A program made the position numbers and the translations under genes. Source: the human T2T-CHM13v2.0 reference genome, Homo sapiens. Taken from it: a stretch of 64,000 nucleotides of DNA. The DNA lies in the NCBI RefSeq assembly GCF_009914755.1, contig NC_060934.1. One strand, given 5' to 3'. The notes under the pieces are model-generated. The model was not told the origin of the DNA. It ran no database searches and worked only from the letters and a program-made list of their open reading frames with translations. The first letter of the stretch is position 1. Each line of letters begins with the position of its first letter. This document shows, in pieces, positions 1 to 17,500 of this stretch.

Positions 1-36
1 GATGGCGAGACCCTGTCTCTACAAAAAGAAAAAGAA

Positions 37-397
<361 letters not shown>

Positions 398-1210
398 TCA
401 GGAGGCTGTGAGGCAGGAGGATCACTTGAGCCTAGGAGTTAGATGCTGCAGTGAGCTATGATTGCATCACTGCACTCCAGCCTGGGTGACAGAGCAAAAC
501 CCTGTCTCTAAATAAATAAATAAATAAATTCATTTCATTTCTTTTCTTTTCTTTTTCTTCTCCAAAGCAACAGAAAGCAGATTTCCCCCCACCAATTTAG
601 TTCTCATAGCTTTAAATGTACTTGTAGGCTCACCTTATTTTGAAGGGGCAAAGAATCTCTGGGGCATGGGACTTTCAAAAATATCTGCTTCTTAAGACTA
701 AAAGATGGGATAAGGGTTTAGCAATTCTGGCTGATTGAGTTTAATCTTAAATTTAAAAATGTAAAAGATGGTTGCATCTTCCTGGCAGTATTCATTTGTC
801 ATGATTGGACTTTACCACTTCCACCTGGAGGCGCAGTCTCAGACCTTGAAAGTGCATTGATGTTGAGTAGGCTCCCAGTCACATGTTATTACAGTAAATT
901 TGACTTGGTGAGAGTCAGCTTTCTCAAAAATATTGGGGTAAACAGGGAGGCTCCTCATCTCCGAAAGTTCTCCAGCCATTCAACGGTACCCACATGGTCT
1001 TAGAGGTATCTGATTCAAAGATAGTTAAACTAGTCAGAAAAAACTGGGATTAGGAGAGAGAAGATCATTGCCATCTTGCTAGGGACATACACAATTCTGC
1101 TCTTTCCTGAGTATGTTAGAAAGTGAGCTATGAATGTTTTTTTTGTCCCTGAAAATTTCTGGATATTCTTAAGGATCAACCATACTTTTGTTTAAGGAGT
1201 CTTTTGAGAC

Positions 1211-1504
<294 letters not shown>

Positions 1505-1509
1505 GAGGC

Positions 1510-1835
1510 ATATTTATTTTATCAAATTTAACATACATACTAAAAACTATGCAAATTGCAAGTGTATAGTTTGATGAAATTTTACAAAACAAATAGGATG
1601 TAGGTCAAGAAACAGAAGAGTATTAGATTCATAGAAACCCCATTTGTGCTCTCATCCAGTTACTCCTTCACAAAAGTAACTACTATCCTGACTTCTAGTA
1701 CCATACCTTGGCTTTGTCTAGTTTCTTTTACTTAGCATTATGTTGGTGAGATTCATTCATATTGTTGCATAGTTGTAGCTCACTCATTGCTCTATAATAT
1801 TATTTATTCATTCTACTGTTGGCAGACAGTTAAAC
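1510..1835 (-). mobile_element. Old L1 (L1ME-like) 3' end fragment
   Basis: 'gtaactactatcctgacttcta', 'cttagcattatgttggtgagattcattcatattgttgcat' are typical L1ME 3' UTR antisense motifs. Confidence 0.65.
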
Positions 1836-2025
1836 ATCATTTTGATCTTTTGCTGGACAGACTTGACCCAGACAACTGGCTTCTGGACTTTAAAGGAAAA
1901 TTTCTAAAAGTTGGCTTTGATGTGATGTTGTTGAGGAAGGATAATACCACCTAATCAAGGGACTTACATGAAGGGTACATTGTTATCTAAGAAGGAATTC
2001 AGATTAGTATTAGAATTTGCTCCTG

Positions 2026-2180
2026 ATGGCATGTGCCTTTAGTTTCAGCTACTCAGGAGGCTGAGGTGGGAGGATTGCCTGAGCCCAGTAGGTCAAAGCT
2101 GCAGTGAGTCATGAATGTGCCACTGTATTCCAGCCTGGGTGACAGAGTGAGACCCTGTCCAAAAAAAAAAAAAAAAAGAG
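2026..2180 (+). mobile_element. Alu right-arm fragment (FRAM/AluJ)
   Basis: Right monomer followed by poly-A. Confidence 0.8.
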
Positions 2181-2305
2181 AATTTGCTAAGACTTCTTTG
2201 TCTAAGAGACAGTGAAGAAAATCATTCATATATTGAATTCTATTGAAGTCTTCCAAGCATAATCAAATATTCAACATTCCACACAAGTCTAAAGGTATTT
2301 CTATC

Positions 2306-2609
2306 TTTTTTTTCCCTTTTTTAAAGATGGGGTCTGGCTTTGTTCCCCAGGCTGGAATGCAGTGGTGCGATCATCGTTCATTGCCACATGGAACTCCTGG
2401 GCTCAAGGGATCCTCCCACCTGAGCCTCCTGAGTAGTTGGGACTACATGTACATGCCATCACATCTAGCAAATTTTTTAAAAAATGTTTTTTAGAGATAG
2501 GGTCCCGCCATCTTGCCCAGGCTGGTCTCAAACTCCTTGGCTCAAATGATCCTCCTGATTTGGCCTCCCAAAGTGCTGGGATTACACTTGCGAGCCACCA
2601 TGCCTGGCC
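2306..2609 (-). mobile_element. AluJ
   Basis: Antisense Alu dimer; TSD tctatctttt on both sides. Confidence 0.85.
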
Positions 2610-2641
2610 TCTATCTTTTCTTTTTCTTTTTCTTTTTTTTA

Positions 2642-3510
2642 CTTTATTTTATTATTATTATTATTATACTTTAAGTTTTAGGGTACATGTGCACAATGTG
2701 CAGGTTAGTTACATATGTATACATGTGCCATGCTGGTGTGCTGCACCCATTAACTCGTCATTTAGCATTAGGTATATCTCCTAATGCTATCCCTCCCCCC
2801 TCCCCCCACCCCACAACAGTCCCCAGAGTGTGATGTTCCCCTTCCTGTGTCCATGTGTTCTCATTGTTCAATTCCCATCTATGAGTGAGAACATATGGTG
2901 TTTGGTTTTTTGTCCTTGCGATAGTTCACTGAGAATGATGATTTCCAATTTCATCCATGTCCCTACAAAGGACATGAACTCATCATTTTTTATGGCTGCA
3001 TAGTATTCCATGGTGTATATGTGCCACATTTTCTTAATCCAGTCTCGTAGTATTCCATGGTGTATATGTGCAACATTTTCTTAATCCAGTCTATCACTGA
3101 TGGACATTTGGGTTGGTTCCAAGTCTTTGCTATCGGGAATAGTGCCACAATAAACATACATGTGCATGTGTCTTTATAGCAGCATGATTTATAGTCCTTT
3201 GGGTGTATACCCAGTAATGGGATGGCTGGGTCAAATGGTATTTCTAGTTCTAGATCCCTGAGGAATCACCGCACTGTCTTCCACAATGGTTGAACTAGTT
3301 TACAGTTCCACCAACAGTGTAAAAGTGTTCCTATTTCTCCACATCCTCTCCAGCACCTGTTGTTTCCTGACTTTTTAATAATTGCCATTCTAACTGGTGT
3401 GAGATGGTATCTCATTGTGGTTTTGATTTGCATTTCTCTGATGGCCAGTGATGATGAATATTTTTTCATGTGTCTCTTGCCTGCATAAATGTCTTCTTTT
3501 GAGAAGTGTC
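2642..3510 (-). mobile_element. 5'-truncated young L1PA (3' UTR plus ORF2 C-terminus)
   Basis: 'tatactttaagttttagggtacatgtgcacaatgtgcaggttagttacatatg' L1PA 3' end; ORF 3266-3604 carries ORF2 C-terminal '[55 protein letters not shown]'. Confidence 0.95.
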
Positions 3511-4109
3511 TTTTCTTAAATGAGATTATATGTGCCCTGGAATTTTGTAAATTGTAGGGCCTGTTAAACATCACCACTTCCCTGAAAAAGTCAGAGATTA
3601 TCACTATTTTTTTTTCCTAAAAAGAATACCAAGATCTTTTCTAGAGAAGATAAAGGCCTAACAACTCCTTATAATACATTTTTGTCATTATAGTCAGTTC
3701 CCAAGAGCATGAGCTTTCAATATAAAAGCTTGCATGGGGAGGGTTAGTTTCAGCACTGTGTAAAAGCTCCTTTTAATGCAGCTGTTGTGGCACAGTGGTT
3801 GATCATGGAGGAGCATGTGAGTGTGGGTTAGGAGAGCTATAACTGTAGAACCTAAATGGGTATATCACTGTGACACTGGCAGTAATGTCCTCAACCATAA
3901 TCACAATAGAAGAGCTCTGTAGGACTCTGAGAATATTATTGAACAGAAACTGAGTTTCTGCAAGAAGCACAGGCAGTTGAATACTGATTAGTCTCTCCCT
4001 TTCTTTCCATATTTGGCACTTGTAAGCAGGATTAAACTCTTCTTTTTATTAAGCCCTTAGATTATTGAACAATCTGTAAGTGAGAAACCCTAAAATGGGA
4101 TTATTGGCC

Positions 4110-4208
4110 CTTTCCTTCCTTCCTTTCCTCCTCCCCTCCCTCTCTCCTTCCTTCCTTCCTTCCTTCCTTCCTTCCTTCCTTCCTTCCTTCCTTCCTTCCT
4201 TCCTTCCC
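4110..4208. repeat. (TTCC)n microsatellite
   Basis: Direct read. Confidence 0.95.
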
Positions 4209-4289
4209 ATTAGACCACTTTTCCCATTGATTCTCCTCTTTTGGAAAAGGAGAAGCTGTGAAGGTGCAGTCTCTGGGGACTGAGGAGGC

Positions 4290-5740
<1,451 letters not shown>

Positions 5741-5950
5741 AATCCACACACTTTTTCAATAAAATGAGTCTTTCTGCCCTTTGGACCAAGAGTTCTCAGC
5801 AGAGATTCCTTCTATGCTGCCATCTGCTAGCACTAGTACCCAGCTTCGGCAAACACCATTCATAGCGAGAGAAATTGAGGGCTACATTATTATTCCTTTT
5901 CAACACACGGGAGGAGAAGGTAAAATAAACACTGGGATACTTATTCATTA

Positions 5951-6320
<370 letters not shown>

Positions 6321-6639
6321 GGGTAATTGGACTTTGAACTTAAAAAGTAGGAGAGAGAGGACAGAGAGGGAGAGAGAGAGGGGAAAAAAGAAACTTAGTT
6401 CTTGTGTGTACCCTGAGGGCAAATACACAGGTCATATTGGTTACAAGTATAGGTTTGAGCCACTTGGAGCAACATGATAGTCAGAAAACTCCTCTCCCCA
6501 TCAGTTGAGGCTCAGTTTTGTGCTATGAATAGGTAGAAAGGGGCAAGAGAAGAGCTGAGTCTTACAGTGCTCATGGCCAGCATAGGCTGTGGCATTACCT
6601 GGCAGATACCCACCACACAGTATTAATAAATGCTTTCAA

Positions 6640-7462
<823 letters not shown>

Positions 7463-7814
7463 TTTCCTTGGACCTAGAGTGGGGTCTGTTTTTCCATTAT
7501 ATGTCCCCACAGTTGAGTGGTTTAGCTCCAGATCTCAACCTCTTCTACCATGCCCTGTCACCTGGAGAAACTGAGACTTGCCTGGCTGTGTTCTGTGGTT
7601 GGATAGCTACAAAGATGGCAATGGAGGTCAGATTTTGATGACTTGCACCATTGCTTATAATTTTAAAATCATGGACTCCTGACCAAGTGACCCTGGGATT
7701 CTCCTTAAGGTTGGAAAGGATGTTTGGCAAGAGACTCAACTTGATCAAGAGGATTTTTAAATGAATATTAAGGAAGAGAGGGAAAAATAAATAATTAGTA
7801 ATATCTAATTAGTA

Positions 7815-8030
7815 TCCAATGCCAGGTACTGTTCTAAGTCCTTTATATGCATTTAGTCCTTGCAGTAACCACATAAGTTAGAAATTATTATTACTATGAC
7901 TATTTAAAGATAAAAAACAGAGCCATTTGTCCAAGGTCACCCAGCTAGTCAGATGCTGAGCTGGGTTTCAAACTGGGGTGGCCTGGCTTCAGAGTCTGTG
8001 CCCACAACATCTGTGCTCTTCTGTCTTTCA
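7815..8030 (-). mobile_element. MIR
   Basis: MIR core 'ttgtccaaggtcacccagctagt...gagctgggtttcaaac'. Confidence 0.8.
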
Positions 8031-8044
8031 AAACTCCAAAGCTT

Positions 8045-8367
<323 letters not shown>

Positions 8368-8630
8368 TCAGAAAAGGCATTGTGTGAAAGGGACAGAAAA
8401 ATGAATACTTCTCAGTTTAAAATAACAACAACAACAACAAAACTAAATCTGGTCAAATGAGGATTGACCTCAGATGTAAAAATACCAAAATATAGTGTAG
8501 AGACAACAATCAAGTGAATGTTAAATTTTAATATGCTCATATACCCAGCAGACAAAATTATATCCAACTTTTAGGTTCCCTTCCTGTCCATGTCCATGTG
8601 GATACCTATAAACATGACAGACACAATTTT

Positions 8631-8775
8631 TTAAAAATAAAATTTTTAAAAATGTTTCTTAGAGACAGGTCTTACTATGTTACCAAGGCTGCCCTTGAAC
8701 TCCTGGCCTCAAGCGATCTTCCCACGTCAGCCTCTCAAGTAGCTGGGCCTGTAGAAGTGCACCACTGTGCCCAGC
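8631..8775 (-). mobile_element. FLAM (free left Alu monomer)
   Basis: Single monomer; TSD tgacaga(c/t)acaatttt at 8615-8630 and 8776-8791. Confidence 0.8.
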
Positions 8776-8934
8776 TGACAGATACAATTTTCAATTTTGT
8801 CTTTTTAATGTAATGTCATCATAACCATTTTACTATATTACTAGTTATCAAGACTATGACACCATATTATCTTCATTTACATTTTTGTTAACTCATTGAA
8901 GATTTTTTCTGTGTTTGTTTACAAATTGTGTATC

Positions 8935-9321
8935 TGTATTTGTCTGATCTCACACTGCTATAAAGAACTACCCGAGACTGGGTAATTTATAAAGAAAAGA
9001 GGTTTAATTGACTCACAGTTCTGCAGGCTTAACAGGAAGCATGGCTGGGAGGCCTTAGGAAACTTAAAATCACGGTAGTAGGCAAAGGGGAAGCAAGCAC
9101 CATTTTCGCATGGCGGCAGGAGAGAGAGAGAGCACGAAGGGGGAAGTGCCACACACTTTTAAACCATTAGGTCTCATGAGAACTCACTCACTATCATGAG
9201 AACAGCAAGGGAGAAATCCGCCCCCATGATCCAATCAACTCCTACCAGGCCCCTCCCCTGACAGGTAGGAATTGCAATTCCACATGAGATTTGGGTGGGG
9301 ACACAGAGCCAAACCATATCA
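8935..9321 (-). mobile_element. MSTA-like MaLR solo LTR
   Basis: TG...CA termini, MST motifs, perfect 5-bp TSD gtatc (8930-8934, 9322-9326). Confidence 0.9.
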
Positions 9322-9782
9322 GTATCCATACATAAATTGTCTATTCATACTTGGCCATTTGTGTATTAAAATCCTAACTATATTTTACAAACTTATTTGA
9401 TTCCTTTTTACAATATAGGCATTATATGCTACTTCTCTGGTGATAAAATAAAATTCTATTTTCTGTGGCTTTATACCATTTAAAAATATGTATATAGCTT
9501 ATTCATTTTTGTGTGAAGTATGAGCATAGGCCAAATTTAGATTTTCAGACTATACAATTATTATTTCTTCAACAATGGTATTGAATCACTTTTCTCATCT
9601 GTACCCCCTCTCCTTTGTTTTTAGCTCCAGAACTCATAGAAATGGTAAGATGAGATTAACAACTAGAATGTGGTATTTAAAAGAGATACTTTATGAACAA
9701 CATACTATCAAATCTGAATTAGATAGTATGTTGATATTAGATATTAGAAGGCAGAATGGCAGTGTATTAGTCCACTTTTTCT

Positions 9783-10156
9783 ACACTCATATATTGAGTA
9801 CTTACTATGTTACACAGGCTGCACTTGAACTCTTGAGCTCAAATGATCCTCCCACCTCAGCCTCTCAAGTAGCTAGGGCTATAGGTGTGCCCTGTGTCTG
9901 GCTGACAGGTGTATTTTAGGTGCTTGGGACACACCAGCGAACAATGAGAAAATCCTTGTCCTATAAAATTTATAAAATTTTTGTGTATTTGAGGAAGCTT
10001 AAATAAATTAAATAAATAAAAATAAAACTTATTAAATGATGATCAGTGAGAAAAAAAGATAAAACAGGACAGAGGGTTAAGAAGAATCCAATTGCCTGTG
10101 GAGACTACAATTTTAAGTGAATTGTTCTGGAAAGGGTTCACTGTGAAGGAGGCCAG
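9783..10156 (-). mobile_element. L2 (resumes at ~13830-14010 after the MST insertion)
   Basis: 'atattgagtacttactatg...taggtgcttgggacac'; continuation 'ggtaacagcatgtgcaaaggccctgggg...aaggaggccagagtggctggagt'. Confidence 0.75.
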
Positions 10157-11016
10157 TGCTATGGTTTGAGGCCCATCCCCACCAAGTTCATGTGTTGGGA
10201 ACTTAATCCCCAGTGCAACAGTGTTGGGGGGTCAAAAAAAAGATGATTAAGTCATGAGTGCTATTCCTTCATGAATAGATTAATGTCATCATTGCATGAA
10301 TAGGTTAATTATCCTGAGTGTGGATTTGTTATATAAGTGAGGCCAGCCCTCTCTTGCTCCTCTCTTATACTCTCTTGCCCTTACACCTTCTGCCACGGAA
10401 TGACACAGCACAAAGGCCCTTGCCAGATGCCAGTACCATACTCTTGGGCTTCCCATCCTCTAGAACCATGAGCCAAACAAATTTCTATTAATTATAGATT
10501 AGCCAGTCTCTGGTATTCTGTTATAGCAGCGCAAAATGGACTAAGTCAAAAAAATTGGCATTGAGAAGTAGAGCTTTTGCTATAACAAATACCTGAAAAT
10601 GTAGAAGCAAATTTGGAAGTAGATGGTGGGTAGAGGCTGAAAGAAATTGGAGGAATTGCTAGAAAAAGCCTAGTTTGTTATGAATGAAAAATGAAGGACA
10701 ATTCTGGTGAGGGCTCAGAAGAAGAGGAGAGCTGTAGAGAAAGTCTGAATCTTCTTAGAGATTACTTAAGTGGTCATCATCAGAATGTTGATAGAAATAT
10801 GGACAGGGAAGACCATTCTGATGAGGTCTTAGATGGACATTAGAAACAAGATATTGGAAAATAAAGACCACCCTTGTTATATGATTGGTAAGACCTTGGG
10901 AGAATTGTGTCCATGTCCTAGGTCTTTGTGGAAAGTAGAATTGAAGAGCAACATACTAGGATATCTGGCAGAAGAAATATCTAAGCAGCAAAGCATTCAA
11001 GGTGTGGCAAGCCTCC

Positions 11017-11696
<680 letters not shown>

Positions 11697-12201
11697 CCTC
11701 CTTTTGGTCAACTTGCAGTAAAATGAGAGAGGTGAAAAATTATTTCAGGATGGAATTTACAATTTAAAAGGGAATAAAATGAGAAGATTTGGAAAACCCT
11801 CAGCCTGGCCATGTCAAGAATAAAAAAGTGTATTAGGGAGAGAATACTAATGGTGTGGCCAAGTGAATAATATGTCTAGAAGGGAACTAGGTGCTATTTA
11901 TGAAGACAACGAGAGAATGACCTCACAGGCGGTTCAGAGATCTTTGAGGCAAGCCAAAACTTTCAGGACAAGCTTTCAAGAGAGGCACTTACAGTACTTT
12001 AGCATTCACAGCCCAGAGCTGCCTCAGAACTCCGCTTCCTGCATCTCAGCATAATGCTTCTTGGCCATGCCAGCCATAGCTTTAGTAGGCCCAGGTGTGG
12101 TTTGTGCTGCTGCTTTGGAAGGTGCAAGTAGCAAGCTTTGGCAGTGTCCACGCGGTGCTGACTCTGTAGATATGTAGAGTGCACGAGCTGTGGGGCCATG
12201 A

Positions 12202-12526
<325 letters not shown>

Positions 12527-13391
12527 TAGATTTCAAAGGACATTGCAGACAATCTAGAGGCCCAGGCAGATACTTATCTTAGGGGCAGAGCCCCTGCAGA
12601 GCGCCCTGACTAGGGCAATGCCTAATGGAGCAGTGGGAGTTGGGTAGCCTCCAAAACCCCAGAACTCTAGGGCCACCAGTGTGCAGCTCCAGACTGGGAA
12701 AGTTGCAGGAATGAGATTCCAACCCCTGAGAACTGCTGGGTGGACTAAGCCCAGCAAAGCCATAGGGGTGGGGCTGCCTGAGGCCCTGGACACCCAACCT
12801 CCACTCCAATGTGCCCAGGATGTGGGACATGGAGTCAAAAAAGGTTATTCTTCATCTTTAAGACTCAATGTTGTTTTCCTCATTGGGTTTGGACTTGATC
12901 GGGACCAGTTATCTGTTTCTTCTTGCCTATTTCTCCCTTCTGATATGAGAATGTCTATCCTATGCCTGTCTCACCATTGTACTTTGGAGGCAGGTATCTT
13001 ATTAATTTCATAGGCTCATAAGTGGAGAGGAATTTGCCTCTGGATGATTCATGCCTCGAGTCTCATCCATATCTGATTCAGATGAGACTCTGGACTTTGG
13101 ATTTTTGAGTTGGTGCTGTAATGAGTTAAGACTTTTGGGGCTATTGGGACAAAATGAATGTGCTTTGCATTGTGAGAAGGACGTGAATTTTGGGGGCCAG
13201 AGGCAAAATGCCATGGTTTGAATGTGTTGCTCAAAGTTGATGTGTTGGAAACTTAATTTCCAATGCAACAATGTTGGGAGGCAGGGCCTAATAAGAGGTA
13301 ATTAGGTCATGAGGGCTCTGTCCTCATGAACGGATTAATGTAGTTATTAGGAGAGTGGCTTTGTTATAAAGGCGAATTTGGCCCCCTTTTG

Positions 13392-13780
13392 CTCTCTCTA
13401 CAAAGCTTTTTCCAACTTTTCCATATGGTACTTGTTGACTATCTGTCTTGGGTTGGTATTTAGACCTGGATGGAGTTTACCACCCACTGTAAACTGCATT
13501 CCCAAGCAACCCAACTCCAGGAAGATCTGGGCTTGGTTAACCAGGCCTGCTACCAGTCTCACACTGTTCACATTCTCCATCAGCACTTGGGCCTGAGCTG
13601 CACTAGGGAGTGAGTCTTCCATACATCACATTTTCCACTCCTGACCACTGGGCAAGGATTCAGCACTAGGTTCTTCCCAATTCACTCGCCATTATTAGAG
13701 GGAATTTTTGTTAGTTTCTTTTCCGCTGATGACGAATATGTTTAAGTCCAGCAGGCTGCTATGCCTGATCTGAGGTTGTG
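13392..13780 (-). pseudogene. 28S rRNA pseudogene fragment (5' terminal ~390 nt)
   Basis: Reverse complement reads cacaacctcagatcaggcatagcagcctgctggacttaaacatattcgtcatcagcggaaaagaaactaac..., matching the 28S 5' end CGCGACCTCAGATCAGACGTGGCGACCCGCTGAATTTAAGCATATTAGTCAGCGGAGGAAAAGAAACTAAC. Conserved blocks gttgcttgggaatgcag, ggtggtaaactccatc and gatagtcaacaagtacc are present, with heavy CpG decay. Confidence 0.93.
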
Positions 13781-14189
13781 AAACATACACCTTAACTAAT
13801 ACAGAGAGAAAGCAAAGGCAAGTGGCTGTCTAATGGAAGAATGTCCTAGGCAGGGGTAACAGCATGTGCAAAGGCCCTGGGGCAGCAGCATGTTCGTCAC
13901 AGCAAGGAACAACAAGGAGGCCAGAGTGGCTGGAGTGGGGTGAGAAAGGAAACGAGATCAGAGAAATAAAGTGTGTGCAGATTGCGTAGGTTCGTAGAGC
14001 CTAAAAACATTTAACGAAGGATCTATAAACTGGAGCTAGAAACACAAAGAACATTTGGATTAATACAAAAGGAGAGAGAAGGTAGGTGACAATTCTATGA
14101 ACTCGAATACAGGCTGCTGGGACAAATGCATGATATAGGTGTCACATTCTTAAGTGGATTCTAAATCTAGCATAGATGTTTTATGCTCT

Positions 14190-14380
14190 AGTGAGAAGTA
14201 TATGGGCTTTGTAACTATATAAACAAGCTGAAATTCAAGCAGAGTGATTTTAGGAAAACTGGTAAAACTTTCCAAGACTCAACTTCAATGTCTGTAAAAT
14301 AGATATGTGAAATGTACATAACCATTGTATGTTAAATGAGTATAATACCTATCGTAGAGTTAGAATATGAGAAGCTATTC
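14190..14380 (+). mobile_element. MIR fragment
   Basis: 'actcaacttcaatgtctgtaaaatag...ttaaatgagtataatac'. Confidence 0.55.
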
Positions 14381-15439
14381 TAGGCTACCTACTTTATTCC
14401 ACCATCTGTAATCAAATCCGCGTTGGTTAACATTTCTTTTCTTTGTTCTTAAGGATGAGACACTGTTACAGTTTCTTCTCAAAGAACATTAAAAAAATCT
14501 ATTAACAGAAACACTTGAGATAATCTGCACCTGCTATAGCCATAGATGAAAGCCATCATCACCTTTCTCTTAGTTTGCAGATAGGCTTTAAAAAATATTC
14601 ATTTTATAATACATATGTCCCTAAACCTCACAAGCCTGTGGCTACAAAATAAGGTCTCATCTAAAAAATATTTAAACTGTAACAACTTTGAGACCCCACA
14701 CTAGTTTAGCAAAGTCCAGTCTTTCTCTCATCTCTCATGGGCAGTGCTGATTTTTAGTGTACTTCTTTATAAAAATATCTTTTTCTATTTTTATCTGTGT
14801 TATCTGTTCTTACTTTTCTCCTTATACTATAAGACCAGCCCATGTTCACAGTCTGGTGTACAGCTTAAGCTACTTTTCCTATATGTATATATTTATTTAT
14901 AAACATATTCATACATACACATACTTTTTCACTTGTCTTACATATATGGAATTATACACACTCCTGTGAATGTTACTTTTGTCATTCAATAATATTGTCT
15001 GGAAATCTATCAGCACTGACTAATTTCACCCATTGTGCCCTTGATAAGCAAACAAAAACAAACAAAACAAAACAAAATACTTGTTCCATGTTGCCAAAGA
15101 ACAATCCACAGAACAATTGGGGGAAATATAACTAAAGAGCTCCTTCATGTAATTTTTCCAAAACAAAGGAAATCTGTTCCAAGGGATAATTGATGTCACT
15201 ACTGCTTGTGGCAGAAAATGTCTGGCAACTTTTAAATAAAACTTTTTCAGATTGAGAACAAAAGAAAACAAAACAAAAATAAAAATAGAGCCCTACTTTC
15301 ACCAGGCACCCTGTAGCAGCCTGATGTGTTAACTGGTTTTGGAAAAGAACCCAAGTGATAGTCTTGATATAGAATATTGGGAGTGCTGGGATCCACCCAG
15401 AAGTTTCTTAATGCTCTTAAGTGGGCAATGCCTGCTATC

Positions 15440-15830
15440 TGATGCCAAAATTTCACCAGAGGAAAAATGATGCCCCACCATTAATAGACTAAAATCAGCA
15501 GGATAAAAACGACAAGTAGTAAATGTTAGGTTGTACGCTTATGTTAGTCAATTTCACACATTTTACTAGCATAGAAAAGGGAGAACTGGTGGTAGAAGTT
15601 GATGGGAAGGATGGTTAGGCAGTTTTAGCAAATTTCAAGTTTAACATGAGCAAATAGTGTTAAGCAGTTATTAAGTAAGCAGTGCAATCTAGGACTCTAT
15701 TAATAGAAGTGTACTGCTCAGATCCCAGTGAGTAATGGACGCTTTATACTTTTGTGGTCAGCCCTTATTTGGAGTTCAGAGGTAGGTGCCTCGTTTTGAG
15801 AGGTATGCTGAAAAACCTCCTCCAGGGAGG
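15440..15830 (+). mobile_element. L3/CR1 LINE fragments
   Basis: 'gcaatctaggactctattaatagaagt...ttgtggtcagcccttatttggagt...cctcgttttgagagg' resembles the CR1 ORF2 3' region. Confidence 0.6.
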
Positions 15831-16164
15831 ATAATTATAGGGGATTGGGTTGTAATTTCACTTGAAAGGTTCTAGTTTTTTTTTTTTAAGAGAAAAACAG
15901 TCTGAATTAAATTTTTAAAAATGCTAACATTTATTCATTGTAAGGGGTAGGTACATGAGAGTTGGGAAAAAAAATTTATACTTTATAATAGTAGCCATAA
16001 ATACTTTCCCAACTTAATCACCACTGATAATTTCTCACTAATCTTGTCATTAGCCTCTTGTTTTGGGCATGCTCATTACCTCTTTTAGTGACTAGGTTCT
16101 TTTTGGCTATGCTACATATGCCGTTCTCTATATTAGGAATCCAATTAATATTTATATTTGCTTT

Positions 16165-16469
<305 letters not shown>

Positions 16470-16559
16470 TATTTTTATTTTTTAAAATGTAAAAAATCCA
16501 GTAAGTATAGATTGAGCATTTTCCAAATCCCAGATGCATTAGCTGGGGCAAAGGGTAAG

Positions 16560-17000
16560 TCATGGGAAGAGATCCAGTGATGCAGCCTAAAGAGCAAAGA
16601 AGTTTATTTTCCTTCCACATAATAGTCCAAGGTGTCCAGTTCAGGTGAATGGGACAGCTTTTCTCTGGGCAGTCACAGAGTGACTCAGGCTCCTCCGGTG
16701 TATGGCTCCACCATCTCTATGGCCTTGCTGTTGTCTGCGTGGAGGCTGAGTCAGAGTCCTGTCTGGGTTCTAGTCAGCTGGGAAGAGAGAAAAGGGCAAG
16801 GAGAAAACATAACCACTTCTAAGACAGAAACTCAGAAGTGTTCATCATCACTTATGTTCATTACCCATTGCTAAGAACTTAGTCACCAGTAAGTAGGTCA
16901 TCTAACAGAAAGGGAGGTCTGAAAATGTAGTTTAACCACATGCTCAGGAGGAAGGGGAGAATGAATTTTTGGTGAACCACTGCAGACTAGTCTCCACCTT
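16560..17000 (-). mobile_element. MLT1J/K-like MaLR LTR
   Basis: 'ttcattacccattgctaagaacttagtcac...gggaggtctgaaaatgtagtt'. Confidence 0.6.
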
Positions 17001-17159
17001 ACTAGATGATGCACTACGTGCATGAGAATTTTCCCTTCTCTTCTTTCTCTATCCAGGACACTTGTTCTCTCTAAAATCCACTTCATATCTTCTAGGATAC
17101 ATTTTCTAAATAGACAATCCTCTCTGCATTTTAAAATTATGTCTATAATATAAATTTCA

Positions 17160-17500
17160 TTTTATTCAACATCTTTAAATCTGTCAATTCGTATTGATTA
17201 ATACCTACTGTGTGCCAGTTATTACACTGACAGCAAGAATTAGGTAGTAAGGAAAATAGATACAGTTCCTGCCCCTCATAGAACTTAAGAGACCAGTGCG
17301 GGAAACAGATACTGTATATTTACTTAAGTTATTAAAGGCACAGTGAATAATTTTAAGTGTAATCTAAATTAAATGTATAAGTTAATTAAAAGTAGAAGTA
17401 GACGTCATGATGAGTGCTATGAAGGCATAGAACACAGTACCTTGAAAAATTATAAAGAAGGTTCTGTTTTAGACTGGACGTTTGAGGAAGGCATAGTGAA
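17160..17500 (-). mobile_element. L2
   Basis: 'atacctactgtgtgccag...agatacagttcctgcccctcatagaactta'. Confidence 0.7.

Noticed and set aside
13392-13780. Functional rRNA gene
   Set aside because: Only ~390 nt, heavily mutated, with no ITS, 5.8S or 18S context; it is a pseudogene fragment.
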